DNA of 64,000 bases from an uncultured delta proteobacterium (GCA_963826785.1 CAWGYD010000005.1:1-64000); one strand, 5' to 3'. Shown: positions 9,020 to 20,182, counted from the stretch's first letter. The notes: generated by a model not told the origin, from the letters alone. Numbers and translations: made by a program.

Positions 9020-9415
9020 ACACCCCCCTGGCCCCCCTCAAGGGGGGAATTGGATGGTTCTCAAGGTGGGGAATTGGGTGGTTCTCGATGGGGAATATAT
9101 CCATTGACGGGGAATTGGACCCGAGGCGGCGGGACACCCCCCTGACCCCCCTCGAGGGGGGAATTGGATGAGTTTTTAAATGGGGATTATGTAATTCTCG
9201 ATGGGGAATATTTCCATTGACGGGGAGTTGGACCCGAGGCGGCGGGACACCCCCCTGGCCCCCCTCGAGGGGGGAATTGGTTGAGTTTTCAAGGTGGGGA
9301 TCGGATGGTTCTCAAAGTGGGGGTTGAAACTGGGGTGTAGCCGGAAAAAAAAGCACGCTTTTCGATTTCATCGGTAATGATCAATTCCCCCCTTGAGGGG
9401 GGCGAAGGGGGGTGT
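9020..9415. repeat. Family-A cluster upstream of DUF559: three left arms in ~113-bp tandem units and one right arm
   Basis: Left arms at 9020, 9134 and 9247; right arm 9383-9415 ends 5 bp before the TTG at 9421. Confidence 0.92.
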
Positions 9416-9420
9416 CCGAA

Positions 9421-9851
9421 TTGACTCGATCAAAAATCATCCCCTACAACCCGAACCTGATCGAAAACGCCAGAAACTTCGAAACAACAGTACGCTTTCC
9501 GAGGTACTGCTGTGGCAGCAGATAAAAAATAAGAAAATAAGAGGATACAGATTTTTCAGACAAAAACCGATCGATCGTTATATTGTCGATTTCTTCTGCA
9601 AGGATCTCTTGCTCGCCATCGAAATCGATGGGCAAACCCATGATTTCAAAATGGATGCCGACAGCGTGCGGCAGAAGAAAATCGAATCAATGGGTGTTAC
9701 CGTTCTGAGGTTTTTGGATATTGATGTAAAAAAGAATATGGACGGGGTGTTGAAAATGATTGAAAGATGCATTGAAGATCTTGAGAGAAAACACCCCCCT
9801 GGCTCCACCGAGGGGACACCCCCAACCCCCCTCAAGGGGGGAATAAAATGA
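9421..9851 (+). CDS. DUF559 / Vsr-like endonuclease-domain protein (one-base frameshift near 9475)
   Basis: The TTG 9421 frame gives TRSKIIPYNPNLIENAR; a second frame continues KLRNNSTLSEVLLWQ..FFRQKPIDRYIVDFFC..LAIEIDGQTH..RQKKIESMGVTVLRF; one extra A joins them. Confidence 0.88.
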
Positions 9852-9992
9852 ATTATTAATTTATTAATGACTCGAGGGAATCCGATTTAAGGTGACCCCG
9901 AGGGGATCCAAATTCAAAAACTCCCTATGGGAGTTGGGTTTGGTCCCTCCAGGGGGAATTCCTCCGTAATCCCCCCTTGAGGGGGGCCGGGG
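9791..9992. repeat. Family-A doublet overlapping the DUF559 3' end
   Basis: Partial arm at 9791; left arm 9816-9844 encodes TPPTPLKGGI; degenerate right arm ~9968-9992. Confidence 0.85.
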
Positions 9993-10007
9993 TATAGGGG
10001 CGCATGA

Positions 10008-11384
10008 ATGACCGATTTGAGACCCTTTGATATTGTAAACGAGCTGGATAAATACATCATCGGCCAGCACCGGGCGAAGCGTTCGGTGGCCATTGCGCTG
10101 CGGAACCGATGGCGCCGGCGCCAGGTGGAAGAAGACCTGCGCGAGGAAATCGCGCCGAAAAACATTATCCTGATCGGCCCCACCGGCGTGGGCAAAACCG
10201 AGATCGCCCGGCGGCTCGCCCGCCTGACCGAATCCCCCTTCATCAAGGTGGAAGCCTCCAAATTCACCGAGGTGGGGTACGTGGGCCGGGACGTGGAATC
10301 CATGATCCGGGACCTGCTGGAGCTGTCCATCAACATGATCAAATCCCGGGAGCAGGAGGCGGTCAAGGAAAAGGCCAGGGAAATCGCCGAGGAGCGCATG
10401 CTCGACATCCTGCTGCCTGAATCCAGGGACCGGCTTAAAAAGCCCGCCGGCGATACGTCCGATGCCATTGAACTGCACCCCGTGGAAGCGGAAGCGACGG
10501 CATCCCACACCCGGGAAAAGTTGCGGCGCATGCTCAGGGAAGGCCGGATGGACGACCGGTTTGTGGACATGGAAGTGCCGGACCGGTCCATTCCCATGGT
10601 GGAGATTTTTTCCAGCGCCGGCATGGAGGAGATGGGGATCAACTTCAAGGACATGCTGGGAAACCTGATGCCGCGTTCCAGTGCCAAGAAGCGCAAGATC
10701 AAGGTGGCCGAGGCCATGCAGATCCTGGCCCAGGAGGAAGCCCAGCGGCTGGTGGACATGGACAAGGTGGTCAAGGAAGCCATCGAAAAGGTGGAGCAGT
10801 CCGGGATCGTGTTTCTCGATGAAATCGACAAGATCACGGGAAAAGAAGGGGGCGCCGGCCCGGATGTGTCCCGGGAGGGGGTGCAGCGCGACCTGCTGCC
10901 CATCATCGAAGGGAGCACGGTGACCACCAAGCACGGCCCGGTGAAGACCGACCACATCCTGTTCATCGCCTCGGGCGCGTTTCATGTGAGCAAGCCCTCG
11001 GATCTCATCCCGGAACTCCAGGGGCGCTTCCCCATCCGGGTGGAACTCGATTCCCTGGGGCGCGAAGAATTCGCCCGCATCCTGACGGAGCCCAAAAACG
11101 CGCTGCTGCGTCAATACATGGCCATGCTGCGCACCGAAGGGGTGGAAATCGAGTTTACGGATGATGCGGTCGATGAAATCGCCAGAGTGGCCGAAAGCGT
11201 GAACAACCAGACGGAAAACATCGGCGCCCGGCGGCTGCACACCCTGATGGAGCACCTGCTGGAAGATATCCTGTTCGACGCGCCGGACATGGAAGAAAAA
11301 AAGATCCTCATCGACAAGGAATACGTCTACGCCAAGGTCAAGGACATCATGGAGGATGAGGACCTGAGCCGGTATATATTGTAG
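10008..11384 (+). CDS. hslU: ATP-dependent protease ATPase subunit HslU
   Basis: [41 protein letters not shown]. Confidence 0.98.
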   Translation: MTDLRPFDIVNELDKYIIGQHRAKRSVAIALRNRWRRRQVEEDLREEIAPKNIILIGPTGVGKTEIARRLARLTESPFIKVEASKFTEVGYVGRDVESMIRDLLELSINMIKSREQEAVKEKAREIAEERMLDILLPESRDRLKKPAGDTSDAIELHPVEAEATASHTREKLRRMLREGRMDDRFVDMEVPDRSIPMVEIFSSAGMEEMGINFKDMLGNLMPRSSAKKRKIKVAEAMQILAQEEAQRLVDMDKVVKEAIEKVEQSGIVFLDEIDKITGKEGGAGPDVSREGVQRDLLPIIEGSTVTTKHGPVKTDHILFIASGAFHVSKPSDLIPELQGRFPIRVELDSLGREEFARILTEPKNALLRQYMAMLRTEGVEIEFTDDAVDEIARVAESVNNQTENIGARRLHTLMEHLLEDILFDAPDMEEKKILIDKEYVYAKVKDIMEDEDLSRYIL

Positions 11385-11459
11385 AAATTTCTCAACCGTG
11401 GGGTGTTATCTTGCGGTGTTTCTGGCAAAAAACCGGCGGTTTGTTGCAACGCCGGGGGG

Positions 11460-11646
11460 ACACCCCCCTTTAATTCCCCCCTCAAGGGGGGATTCAGGTA
11501 GTATTAATCCCCCATAAGGGGAGAACGACTTGTTTTATTCCCCCATAAGGGGAGGGCGGCCGTGTTTAATTCCTCTTGAGGGGGGATCGACCTGTTTTAT
11601 CCCCCATTAAGGAGATTCCCCCCTTGAGGGGGGCGAAGGGGGGTGT
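11460..11646. repeat. Family-A doublet with internal short hairpins
   Basis: Left arm 11460-11494, right arm 11615-11646, TCCCCCATAAGGGGA-type units between. Confidence 0.9.
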
Positions 11647-11712
11647 CGCGCCGCCCACTGAATTTACTCAAAATTTAAATACAGATCTCAATCTGACTGA
11701 AAGAAAGTTGAA

Positions 11713-12589
11713 ATGACACCGCATGTCGCCGACATACTGATCGAGGCGCTTCCCTATATCCGGTTTTTTTCCGGCATGACCATCGTGGTCAAGTACGGGG
11801 GGCATGCCATGGTGGATGAGCAGCTGAAGATGGATTTCGCCAAGGATATCACCCTGATGAAATATATCGGGATGAACCCGGTGGTGGTCCACGGCGGCGG
11901 CCCGCAGATCAACCTGGTGCTGGAGCGGATGGGGATGAGCCCCAGGTTCGTCCGGGGGATGCGCTTTACCGATGAGCAGACCATGGATGTGGTGGAGATG
12001 GTCCTGGGCGGCAAGGTCAACAAGGCCATCGTGACCCAGATCAACAGCCAGGGCGGAAAATCCGTGGGGCTGTGCGGCAAGGACGGCGGCCTGATCCAGG
12101 CGGAAAAAATGAAGATCATGTACCAGCCGGACGAAAACAAACCGCCGGAAATCATCGATCCCGGCCTGGTGGGCACGGTAAAGCAGGTCAATCCGGAGAT
12201 CATCCACACGCTCACCCGGCAGGGGTTTATTCCCGGTGATCGCCCCGGTGGGGGTGGGGGACAAGGGCGAAACCTACAACATCAATGCCGACCTGGTGGC
12301 CTCAAAACTGGCGGGCGCGCTGTCGGCCGGCCGGCTGATCTACCTGACGGACGTTGACGGCATACTGGACACGGAGAAAAAGCTGATCTCGTCTGTGGAT
12401 GCCCGGACCATCAAAAAGATGGTGGACGAAAAAGTGGTCACCGGCGGCATGATCCCCAAGATCGAGTATGCTTTAGACGCGCTGCAAAACGGGGTGGAGA
12501 AGGTTCAGATCATCAACGGCACCCGGCGGCATGCCCTGCTGCTGGAATTGTTCACGGACAAAGGAATCGGAACGGAAGTCAAGCAATGA
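11713..12589 (+). CDS. argB: Acetylglutamate kinase (apparent +1 frameshift at ~12232, probably a sequencing error)
   Basis: [17 protein letters not shown] in the first frame; IAPVG..YNINAD..LTDVDG..GGMIPK in the second. Confidence 0.93.
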
Positions 12590-13785
12590 AGGACAACATC
12601 ATTTCACAGGCGGACACGGTCATCGCACAGACCTATCAGCGGTTTCCGCTGGTGATCAAAAAGGGAAAGGGATGCACCCTGTGGGATACGGAGGGTAAAT
12701 CCTACACGGATTTCGTGGCCGGGATCGCCGTCTGCAACCTGGGGCATGCGGTCCCCGAGGTGTCCCGGGCCCTGGCGGACCAGGCCCAGCAGTTGTTTCA
12801 CGTCTCCAACCTCTATTACACCATTCCCCAGGTGGAGCTGGCCCAATGGCTGGTGGATCGCAGCTTTGCGGACCGGGTCTTTTTCTGCAACAGCGGGGCC
12901 GAAGCCAACGAGGCCGCCATCAAGCTGGCGCGGAAATATTTTCATGACAAGGGGGAGAACGAGCGCTTCCGCATCATCACCATGGAGCAGTCCTTTCACG
13001 GCCGGACATTTGCCACCTTGTCCGCCACCGGGCAGCTGAAGGTGAAGCTGGGGTTCGACCCCATCCTGCACGGGTTCGAATTTGTTCCGTTCAATGACCT
13101 GGATGCGGTCAAAAACCGCATGGACGACACCATCTGCGCCGTCCTGCTGGAGCCGGTGCAGGGGGAGGGCGGGATTCGCTGCCCGGAACCCGGGTATCTG
13201 GCGGCCATCCGGGACTTGTGCGACCAGACCGGCACCCTGATGATACTCGATGAAGTCCAGACCGGCATCGGCCGGACGGGCAAGCTGTTCGCCCATGAGC
13301 ATTTCGGTATTCAGCCGGACATCATGACGCTGGCCAAGGCCCTGGGCAACGGCCTTCCCATAGGGGCGATGCTCGCCCGTGAATCGGTTGCGGCCGCATT
13401 TACGCCGGGTTCGCACGCCTCCACCTTCGGCGGGACACCCATTATCACGGCCGCGGCCCTGGAAGTGATGAAGCTGATCGAACGGGAGAATATCCTCGAT
13501 CATTGCGTAGAGGTCGGCGCGTATTTCGAAAATGCGCTGGAGAAGCTCAAGGATCGCCACGAAGTCATCGAAGATGTGCGGGGAAAGGGGTTGCTGCTGG
13601 GGATCAAACTCGCAACAGAAGGGGCGCCCATCGTGAAGCGCTGTATGGAACGGGGCTTTCTGATCAACTGCATACAGAATTCGATTCTGCGTTTCATTCC
13701 GCCGCTGATCATCTCAAAGGAAGAGATTGATTCCCTGATCGCCTGCCTGGACGACATTTTTTCCAGCCGGGAATACTTGAAATAG
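12586..13785 (+). CDS. argD: Acetylornithine aminotransferase
   Basis: FFCNSGAEANEAAIK, SFHGRT, EPVQGEGG, DEVQTG, LAKALGNG. Confidence 0.95.
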   Translation: MKDNIISQADTVIAQTYQRFPLVIKKGKGCTLWDTEGKSYTDFVAGIAVCNLGHAVPEVSRALADQAQQLFHVSNLYYTIPQVELAQWLVDRSFADRVFFCNSGAEANEAAIKLARKYFHDKGENERFRIITMEQSFHGRTFATLSATGQLKVKLGFDPILHGFEFVPFNDLDAVKNRMDDTICAVLLEPVQGEGGIRCPEPGYLAAIRDLCDQTGTLMILDEVQTGIGRTGKLFAHEHFGIQPDIMTLAKALGNGLPIGAMLARESVAAAFTPGSHASTFGGTPIITAAALEVMKLIERENILDHCVEVGAYFENALEKLKDRHEVIEDVRGKGLLLGIKLATEGAPIVKRCMERGFLINCIQNSILRFIPPLIISKEEIDSLIACLDDIFSSREYLK

Positions 13786-13845
13786 TGTAAATCCAGCCCC
13801 ATGACCCAAGCCCCCATTAAAAGGGATTTCGGAGGTTCTCTTAAA

Positions 13846-13883
13846 AGTCCCCCTTTTTTTCAAAGGGGGATTCAGGGGGATTT
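13846..13883. repeat. Degenerate family-A-like right arm
   Basis: TCCCCCTTTTTTTCAAAGGGGGATTCAGGGGGATT has the same hairpin plus G-run layout. Confidence 0.5.
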
Positions 13884-13905
13884 TAAGGGGATTTAAGGAG
13901 ATATT

Positions 13906-14826
13906 TTGAAGAAGGATTTACTCACGCTTGCAGATCTCAGCGCCGCTGATTTCAACATCTTTTTTGAGCGTGCCGCTGAACTGAAAAAACGGCATCGACA
14001 GGGCATTGCGGACCGGCCCCTGGATGGTAAATCATTCGGATTGATTTTTGAAAAACCGTCCACCCGGACCCGCATCTCATTTGAGGCTGCCGCCATTCAA
14101 CTGGGGGCGGTGCCGATCTTCATCAGCTCCGGCGATACCCAGATGGCCCGCAACGAACCCGTGGCCGACACGGCCCGGGTTTTGTCGAGATATCTGGATG
14201 CCATCGCCATCCGCACCTTTTCCCAGGACCTGCTGGTGGAATTTGCCGCAACCGCCGATATCCCCATTATCAATGCATTGACGGACCTGTACCATCCCTG
14301 CCAGATTCTGAGCGATCTGATGACGGTGATCGAGAAAAAAGAAGGGTATGCCGGCCGTAAAATCGCCTGGGTGGGCGACGGCAACAACATGGCCCATTCC
14401 TGGATCAATGCGGCGGCCGTGCTGGGGTTCGAACTGGTGCTGGCCTGCCCGGAAGGATATGACCCGGATCAGTCGATCCTGGAGAGGGCCGGCAAATCCA
14501 ATCCGGCCATCCGCGTGGTCAGGGATCCCCGGGAAGCGGTCCGGGGCGCAGACGTCGTGAACACGGACGTGTGGGCGAGCATGGGCCAGGAGCACGAACA
14601 GGAAAAGCGACGCGCCGTGTTCGAACCCTATCAGGTCAATGCCCGGCTGCTGGAAACCGCGAAAGCCGATGCCATCGTGATGCACTGTCTGCCCGCCCAC
14701 CGGGAGGAAGAAATCACGGCCGAGGTGCTGGAAGGCCCGCAATCCGTGGTGTGGGACCAGGCCGAAAACAAGCTTCATATGCACAAGGCCATTTTGGATG
14801 TGCTGATTTCTAAGAAACAGGATTAG
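13906..14826 (+). CDS. argF: Ornithine carbamoyltransferase
   Basis: KPSTRTR, HPCQ, GDGNN, DVWASMG, HCLP. Confidence 0.97.
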   Translation: MKKDLLTLADLSAADFNIFFERAAELKKRHRQGIADRPLDGKSFGLIFEKPSTRTRISFEAAAIQLGAVPIFISSGDTQMARNEPVADTARVLSRYLDAIAIRTFSQDLLVEFAATADIPIINALTDLYHPCQILSDLMTVIEKKEGYAGRKIAWVGDGNNMAHSWINAAAVLGFELVLACPEGYDPDQSILERAGKSNPAIRVVRDPREAVRGADVVNTDVWASMGQEHEQEKRRAVFEPYQVNARLLETAKADAIVMHCLPAHREEEITAEVLEGPQSVVWDQAENKLHMHKAILDVLISKKQD

Positions 14827-14927
14827 GTTGAATTCGTGCAGTGCAGGTGTACGTAAACGTGCACGAAATAAGATTTGGGAATTTACATAAGTATAAGGAC
14901 TTATTGATATAGATTGCCAGGGGCGCA

Positions 14928-15172
14928 ACACCCCCCTTAATCCCCCCTCAAGGGGGGAATCGGAAGTGGGGGACGCCTCAAGGGGGGAATCGGAAGTGGG
15001 GGACGCCTCAAGGGGGGAATCGGAAGTGGGGACGCCTCAAGGGGGGAGTGGGGCGCTGTTCATTCTCTTCCCTTAGCTATTGAGTGAGATGAAGAGCAGG
15101 AGCAAGACGGGTAATTACTTCCAATACCGCCCATAACCCGAATCCCCCCTTGAGGGGGGCCAGGGGGGGTGT
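14928..15172. repeat. Family-A doublet with a near-perfect 30-bp tandem array
   Basis: Left arm 14928-14960; CCTCAAGGGGGGAATCGGAAGTGGGGGACG about 3.4 times (14946-15047); right arm 15141-15172. Confidence 0.92.
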
Positions 15173-15228
15173 CGCGTTGGATTGCCAAATAAAAAGATCA
15201 ATCGACAAAGGGGCTTTGGGTAACGAAC

Positions 15229-16437
15229 ATGGGCAAAAAAGACATCAACAAGGTCGTGCTGGCGTATTCCGGCGGGTTGGACACGTCGGTGATTTTAAAA
15301 TGGCTGATTGAAACCTATGACTGCGAAGTGGTGGCGTTTTCCGCCGATATCGGGCAGGCGGAGGAACTGGACCACCTGGACGAAAAGGCGAAAAAGACCG
15401 GCGCGGTCAGCGTCTACATCGATGACCTGCGGGAGGATTTTGTCCGGGATTATGTATTCCCGGCGTTTCGGGCCAATGCCGTTTACGAGGGGCAGTATCT
15501 TTTGGGCACCTCGCTTGCCCGGCCTTTGATTGCCAAGCGCCAGATGGAGATCGCCGCGGCCGAAGGAGCCGATGCGGTCAGCCACGGGGCCACGGGCAAA
15601 GGCAATGACCAGGTCCGGTTTGAACTCACCTATTTTGCCATGAATCCGCACATCAAGATCATCGCCCCCTGGCGGGAATGGGATCTCAACTCGCGCACCG
15701 CGCTGACGAAATTTGCCGAACAGCACGGCATCCCCGTCCCCACCACCAAGAAATCGCCCTACAGCACGGACCGCAACCTGCTGCACATCAGCTATGAGGG
15801 GGGCGTGCTGGAAGATCCCTGGAATCAGCCCCCCGATGATATGTACCGGCTTTCGGTTTCCCCCAAAGACGCTCCGGACCATTCGGAAATCATCGAGATC
15901 ACATTTCAGCAGGGCAATCCCGTGGCGGTAAACGATCACCACCTGTCGCCGGCCAATCTTCTGGCCGAACTCAACCGGATCGGCGGGGCAAACGGCATCG
16001 GCCGCGCCGACATCGTCGAAAACCGGTTTGTGGGGATGAAATCAAGGGGAGTGTACGAAACCCCCGGCGGCACCATTCTGCGGGCGGCCCACATGGCCCT
16101 GGAATCGATCACCCTGGACCGCGAGGTCATGCACCTGCGCGATTCTTTGATTCCCCGGTATGCGGAAATGATCTACTACGGCTTCTGGTTCGCCCCGGAG
16201 CGCGAACTGCTGCAGAACATGATCGATGAGACCCAGAAGACCGTTTCCGGCGTGGTGCGCCTCGAACTCTACAAGGGCAACTGCCGGGTTCTGGGCCGCA
16301 AATCGGATGAATCGCTCTACAACGTCGATTTCGCGACTTTTGAGGATGATTCCGTGTACCGCCAGGCGGACGCGGAAGGGTTTATCCGGTTAAATGCGCT
16401 GCGGCTGAGAATTCGGAAAATGATGAGCGATCGTTAA
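15229..16437 (+). CDS. argG: Argininosuccinate synthase
   Basis: [37 protein letters not shown]. Confidence 0.98.
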   Translation: MGKKDINKVVLAYSGGLDTSVILKWLIETYDCEVVAFSADIGQAEELDHLDEKAKKTGAVSVYIDDLREDFVRDYVFPAFRANAVYEGQYLLGTSLARPLIAKRQMEIAAAEGADAVSHGATGKGNDQVRFELTYFAMNPHIKIIAPWREWDLNSRTALTKFAEQHGIPVPTTKKSPYSTDRNLLHISYEGGVLEDPWNQPPDDMYRLSVSPKDAPDHSEIIEITFQQGNPVAVNDHHLSPANLLAELNRIGGANGIGRADIVENRFVGMKSRGVYETPGGTILRAAHMALESITLDREVMHLRDSLIPRYAEMIYYGFWFAPERELLQNMIDETQKTVSGVVRLELYKGNCRVLGRKSDESLYNVDFATFEDDSVYRQADAEGFIRLNALRLRIRKMMSDR

Positions 16438-16469
16438 TAGAAGGGCGGATTTGTCTATGCACAGGGGGA

Positions 16470-16741
16470 ACACCCCCCTGGCCCCCCTCAAGGGGGGAAT
16501 TGGTTTTAGGGAACACCCCCCTGGCCCCCCTCAAGGGGGGAATTGTTTTTGGGGAACACCCCCCTGGCCTTCCCTCAAGGGGCAACACCCCCCCTAACCC
16601 CCCTCAAGGGGGGAATAGAAATTTTTTTGGGCAAGTCCCCCAGGTGAACTTTTCCATACAAGGAGGGGGAGGGGGGCCTCCTTGTAGCATTGGGTCGCAA
16701 TAAAAACCTAATTCCCCCCTTGAGGGGGGGCAGGGGGGTGT
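16470..16741. repeat. Family-A cluster: four tandem left arms (mostly 43-bp period) and one right arm
   Basis: Arms start at 16470, 16513, 16556 and 16585; right arm 16710-16741. Confidence 0.92.
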
Positions 16742-16787
16742 TCGGACGAACCCCAAGGATAAAATTTAAGATTATAGGTCTATTTTC

Positions 16788-18176
16788 ATGGCGGAAAAAC
16801 CCTGGGACGGCAGGTTTGAGGAGAAGACGGATGCGGCGGTGGAGGCGTTTACCTCCTCCATTCAGATCGACCGGCGTCTTTTTGAATACGACATCGACGG
16901 CAGCGTTGCCCATTGCCGGATGCTGGCAAAATCGGGCATTATCACGGACTCCGAAGCTTCGGCACTGATTGAGGGGCTGGAAAAAATCCGGGAGGAAATC
17001 CGAAGCGGAAACTTCACCTATTCGGACAGCCTGGAAGACATCCACATGCACATCGAGGCCCGCCTGGCCCACCATGTGGGGGATGTCTCCCGCAAGCTCC
17101 ACACCGCCCGCAGCCGGAACGATCAGGTGGCGCTGGATATCCGGCTCTACCTGAGGGACTGGAGCCAAAAGATCATAACGGGTTTGCATCGTCTCAGAAA
17201 AACCCTCGTGGAACTGGCCGAGCGCCACATGGAGGTGGTCATGCCCGGCTACACCCACCTGCAGCGGGCCCAGCCGGTGCTCTTTTCCCACCACCTGATG
17301 GCCTATTATGAAATGTTTTCCCGGGACGCCAAACGGTTTTCAGACGGCCTGAAACGGATCAATATCCTGCCCCTGGGGGCTGCGGCCCTGGCGGGCACCA
17401 CCTATCCCATCGACCGGGCCTATACGGCTCAGCTTCTCGGCTTTGACGGCGTCTGCTTAAACAGCATGGATGCGGTGTCCGACCGCGACTTCATCCTGGA
17501 ATTTTTGTCTTCGGCCAGCATCTGCATGGTCCATTTCAGCCGGTTTTCGGAGGAACTGGTCCTCTGGTCGTCTTCTGAATTCAAGTTCGTCGAGCTCTCC
17601 GATGCCTTTTCCACCGGCAGCAGCATCATGCCCCAGAAGAAAAATCCCGATATCCCGGAACTGGTCCGGGGAAAAACCGGCCGGGTGTTCGGCAGCCTGG
17701 TGGCCCTGCTGACCTTGATGAAGGGCCTGCCGCTGGCCTACAACCGGGACATGCAGGAGGACAAGCCCCCGCTGTTTGACGCGGTGGACACCCTTGCCGC
17801 CTGCATCGACATCTTTTCCCGGATGCTGCCGAAGATTACGGTCAATGAGAAGATCATGCGAAATGCCGCTTCGGCCGGGTACCTGAATGCCACGGACATG
17901 GCCGATTACCTGGTGGTCAAGGGAATGGCCTTTCGGGAAGCCCATTCCTGCGTGGGCAAAGCGGTTGCCTATGCGCTGGGCAAAAGAAAGGAGCTTCACG
18001 AACTGGGACTGGATGAGTTGAAGGCGTTTTCGGACCTGATCGATGATGATATCTTTGAAGCGCTTGAAATCCGGGCCATGATCGACCGCCGCAGCTGCAT
18101 CGGCGGGACGGCGACGCAAAACGTGGCAGCGGCCGTAAAAGCGGCAAAGCAGGCACTGGCCCAGGAGCGGCCGTAA
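16788..18176 (+). CDS. argH: Argininosuccinate lyase
   Basis: LHTARSRNDQ, PGYTHLQRAQP, GSSIMPQKKNPD. Confidence 0.98.
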   Translation: MAEKPWDGRFEEKTDAAVEAFTSSIQIDRRLFEYDIDGSVAHCRMLAKSGIITDSEASALIEGLEKIREEIRSGNFTYSDSLEDIHMHIEARLAHHVGDVSRKLHTARSRNDQVALDIRLYLRDWSQKIITGLHRLRKTLVELAERHMEVVMPGYTHLQRAQPVLFSHHLMAYYEMFSRDAKRFSDGLKRINILPLGAAALAGTTYPIDRAYTAQLLGFDGVCLNSMDAVSDRDFILEFLSSASICMVHFSRFSEELVLWSSSEFKFVELSDAFSTGSSIMPQKKNPDIPELVRGKTGRVFGSLVALLTLMKGLPLAYNRDMQEDKPPLFDAVDTLAACIDIFSRMLPKITVNEKIMRNAASAGYLNATDMADYLVVKGMAFREAHSCVGKAVAYALGKRKELHELGLDELKAFSDLIDDDIFEALEIRAMIDRRSCIGGTATQNVAAAVKAAKQALAQERP

Positions 18177-18271
18177 AAGCCGGGATTTTGATCGATCTCA
18201 AGCCGATTTTAAAAACCTTCCTTGATCCCTCCGGATGGAAAAAAATGGCCCCCTTTTCCCAAAGATATGCT

Positions 18272-18703
18272 ATGAAATGTATTTTTCTTATTCTGGCCCT
18301 TTCCTGCGTTATCATCGTCCCGGCATGCGGAAGAAAGGCGCCGCCATTGCCGCCGTCATCGATTGAACCGCCGGTGGTGGGCGATATCGAAGTCATCCGG
18401 AAGGGCAATACCGTCGAGCTTTCCTGGCCCGTTCCGGATTGGGAGGGCGGCCCTTCAAATGAACTGGCCGGATTTTTTGTCTATCGGGGAGAGGTCAATC
18501 CGGAACAGGATTGTGAGGGCTGCCCGGTCCGCTACACCCGGGTTGCCGATGTGCGACTGGACGAGATGGCAGCCCTTTTCGGAGACCGTGCCGGATATAC
18601 GGATACGGTCGAACCGGGGGGCATTTACAAGTACCAGGTGACCAGTTATACCCAAAGCGGCAGCGAAAGCGAGCCGTCAGAGACCATCACCATCGATGGG
18701 TAA
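18272..18703 (+). CDS. Lipoprotein with fibronectin-III-like domain
   Basis: Signal peptide with lipobox VPA-C, then GRKAPPLPP, LSW, CEGCP, YKYQV. Confidence 0.72.
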   Translation: MKCIFLILALSCVIIVPACGRKAPPLPPSSIEPPVVGDIEVIRKGNTVELSWPVPDWEGGPSNELAGFFVYRGEVNPEQDCEGCPVRYTRVADVRLDEMAALFGDRAGYTDTVEPGGIYKYQVTSYTQSGSESEPSETITIDG

Positions 18704-18718
18704 GTAATCAAACGAACC

Positions 18719-19259
18719 ATGTCCGCAGATCACGAAAATCAGCCGATGGGGCATACCGCATATCTCTCCATCGGCGCCAACCTGGGGGACAAGATCCAAA
18801 ACTGCCGGCGTGCCCTGGAAAAGATGTCCCGGGATCCCCTGATCCACATCGTTCAGGTGTCGGATTATTTCCGAACCGAACCGGTGGGCTACCTGGATCA
18901 GCCCTGGTTTGTCAATGCGGCGGTGGAGATTGCCACCGGGTACAGCCCGGAAAATCTGCTGATGCGGTTAAAAGACATCGAGCGCCAGGCCGGACGGAAA
19001 CAGGGCGGGGTCCGGTTCGGCCCCCGGATGATCGACATGGATATTCTCCTGTTCGATAACCTGGCATGCACGGGGCCGGATCTGGTGATTCCGCACCCGC
19101 GGATGCACGAGCGCGCATTTGTGCTCCGGCCGCTCTGCGATATCGCACCGGATGCTGGTTCATCCGGTGTTGAAAAAGACCATTTGCCAACTGCTGTCGG
19201 ACCTGCAGGCCGAAAATCAGACGTGCATACGCATGGAAAAATCGGATGCGGCGATATAA
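18719..19259 (+). CDS. folK: HPPK, 2-amino-4-hydroxy-6-hydroxymethyldihydropteridine pyrophosphokinase (apparent frameshift at ~19154)
   Basis: LSIGANLGD, FVNAA, GPRMIDMDIL, PHPRMHERAFVL; the expected LVHPVLKKTI tail is in the shifted frame, ending at TAA 19259. Confidence 0.92.
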
Positions 19260-19317
19260 AGAATTTTTATCGGGGGCGTTCTTAAAAAGTGAGTGTGGAA
19301 TAATCATAATAGTCGCA

Positions 19318-19387
19318 ACACCCCCCTTAATCCCCCCTCAAGGGGGGAATCATTCCTCTATACAAGGGGGAAATTAAGGGGGGTGTT
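19318..19387. repeat. Compact family-A doublet
   Basis: Left arm 19318-19350 directly followed by a degenerate right arm. Confidence 0.85.
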
Positions 19388-19430
19388 CGATAATTCAATT
19401 TTCATACAGATTACAGGAGGAATTCAATAG

Positions 19431-20075
19431 ATGAAGTTTTTTATCGATACGGCAAACATCAAGGAAATCAAGGAAGCCAACGACATGGGAATGGTGGATG
19501 GCGTGACCACCAATCCGTCCCTGATCGCCAGGGAAGGGGGCGATTTCAAGGAAATCATCACCCGGATCTGCGAAGTTGTGGACGGCCCCATCAGTGCGGA
19601 GGTCATCAGCCTGGATGCGGCCGGAATGGTGGCGGAAGCGCGGGACCTGGCGAAGATTCACAAGAACATCGTGGTGAAAATTCCCATGACCGTTGACGGC
19701 TTAAAAGCGGTTCGGACCCTGTCCGGCGAGGGGATCAAGACCAATGTCACCCTGGTGTTCTCCTCCCTGCAGGCGCTCATGGCCGCAAAAGCCGGGGCCA
19801 CCTACGTCAGCCCCTTCGTGGGCCGTCTGGACGATCTTTCCCATGACGGGATGACCCTGGTGGAAGAAATCGTTACCATATATGACAACTATGGCTATGA
19901 AACCGAAGTCATCGTCGCCAGTGTCCGCAATCCCCTGCACGTGCTGGAATCTGCCAAGATCGGGGCCGATATCGCCACCATCCCGTTCAACGTGCTGGTC
20001 AAGCTGGCCGGCCACCCGCTGACGGATAGCGGCATCAAGGCATTTCTGGCGGATTGGGAAAAAGCAAAGAAATAA
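19431..20075 (+). CDS. fsa: Transaldolase / fructose-6-phosphate aldolase family
   Basis: [38 protein letters not shown]. Confidence 0.93.
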   Translation: MKFFIDTANIKEIKEANDMGMVDGVTTNPSLIAREGGDFKEIITRICEVVDGPISAEVISLDAAGMVAEARDLAKIHKNIVVKIPMTVDGLKAVRTLSGEGIKTNVTLVFSSLQALMAAKAGATYVSPFVGRLDDLSHDGMTLVEEIVTIYDNYGYETEVIVASVRNPLHVLESAKIGADIATIPFNVLVKLAGHPLTDSGIKAFLADWEKAKK

Positions 20076-20182
20076 TCGGCCAGCGGTTCGGAAAAGAGCC
20101 TGACATGACGGTTTCGTAAAAAGCTCCTGTCCCCGCTGCGCGGTGTTTTTACAGGAGGAACTTTTCAGCGGCAGCCGAAAGG

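Noticed and set aside
9864..11255. Long antisense ORFs (also 12604-13560, 25325-26458, 26489-27562 and 49261-50682)
   Set aside because: Shadow frames of high-GC genes on the opposite strand, with no recognisable motifs.
14946..15047. CRISPR array (also considered 1771-1900, 9020-9300, 16470-16616 and 20183-20440)
   Set aside because: The intervening sequences are copies of each other rather than unique spacers, periods vary by locus, and no cas genes are present.
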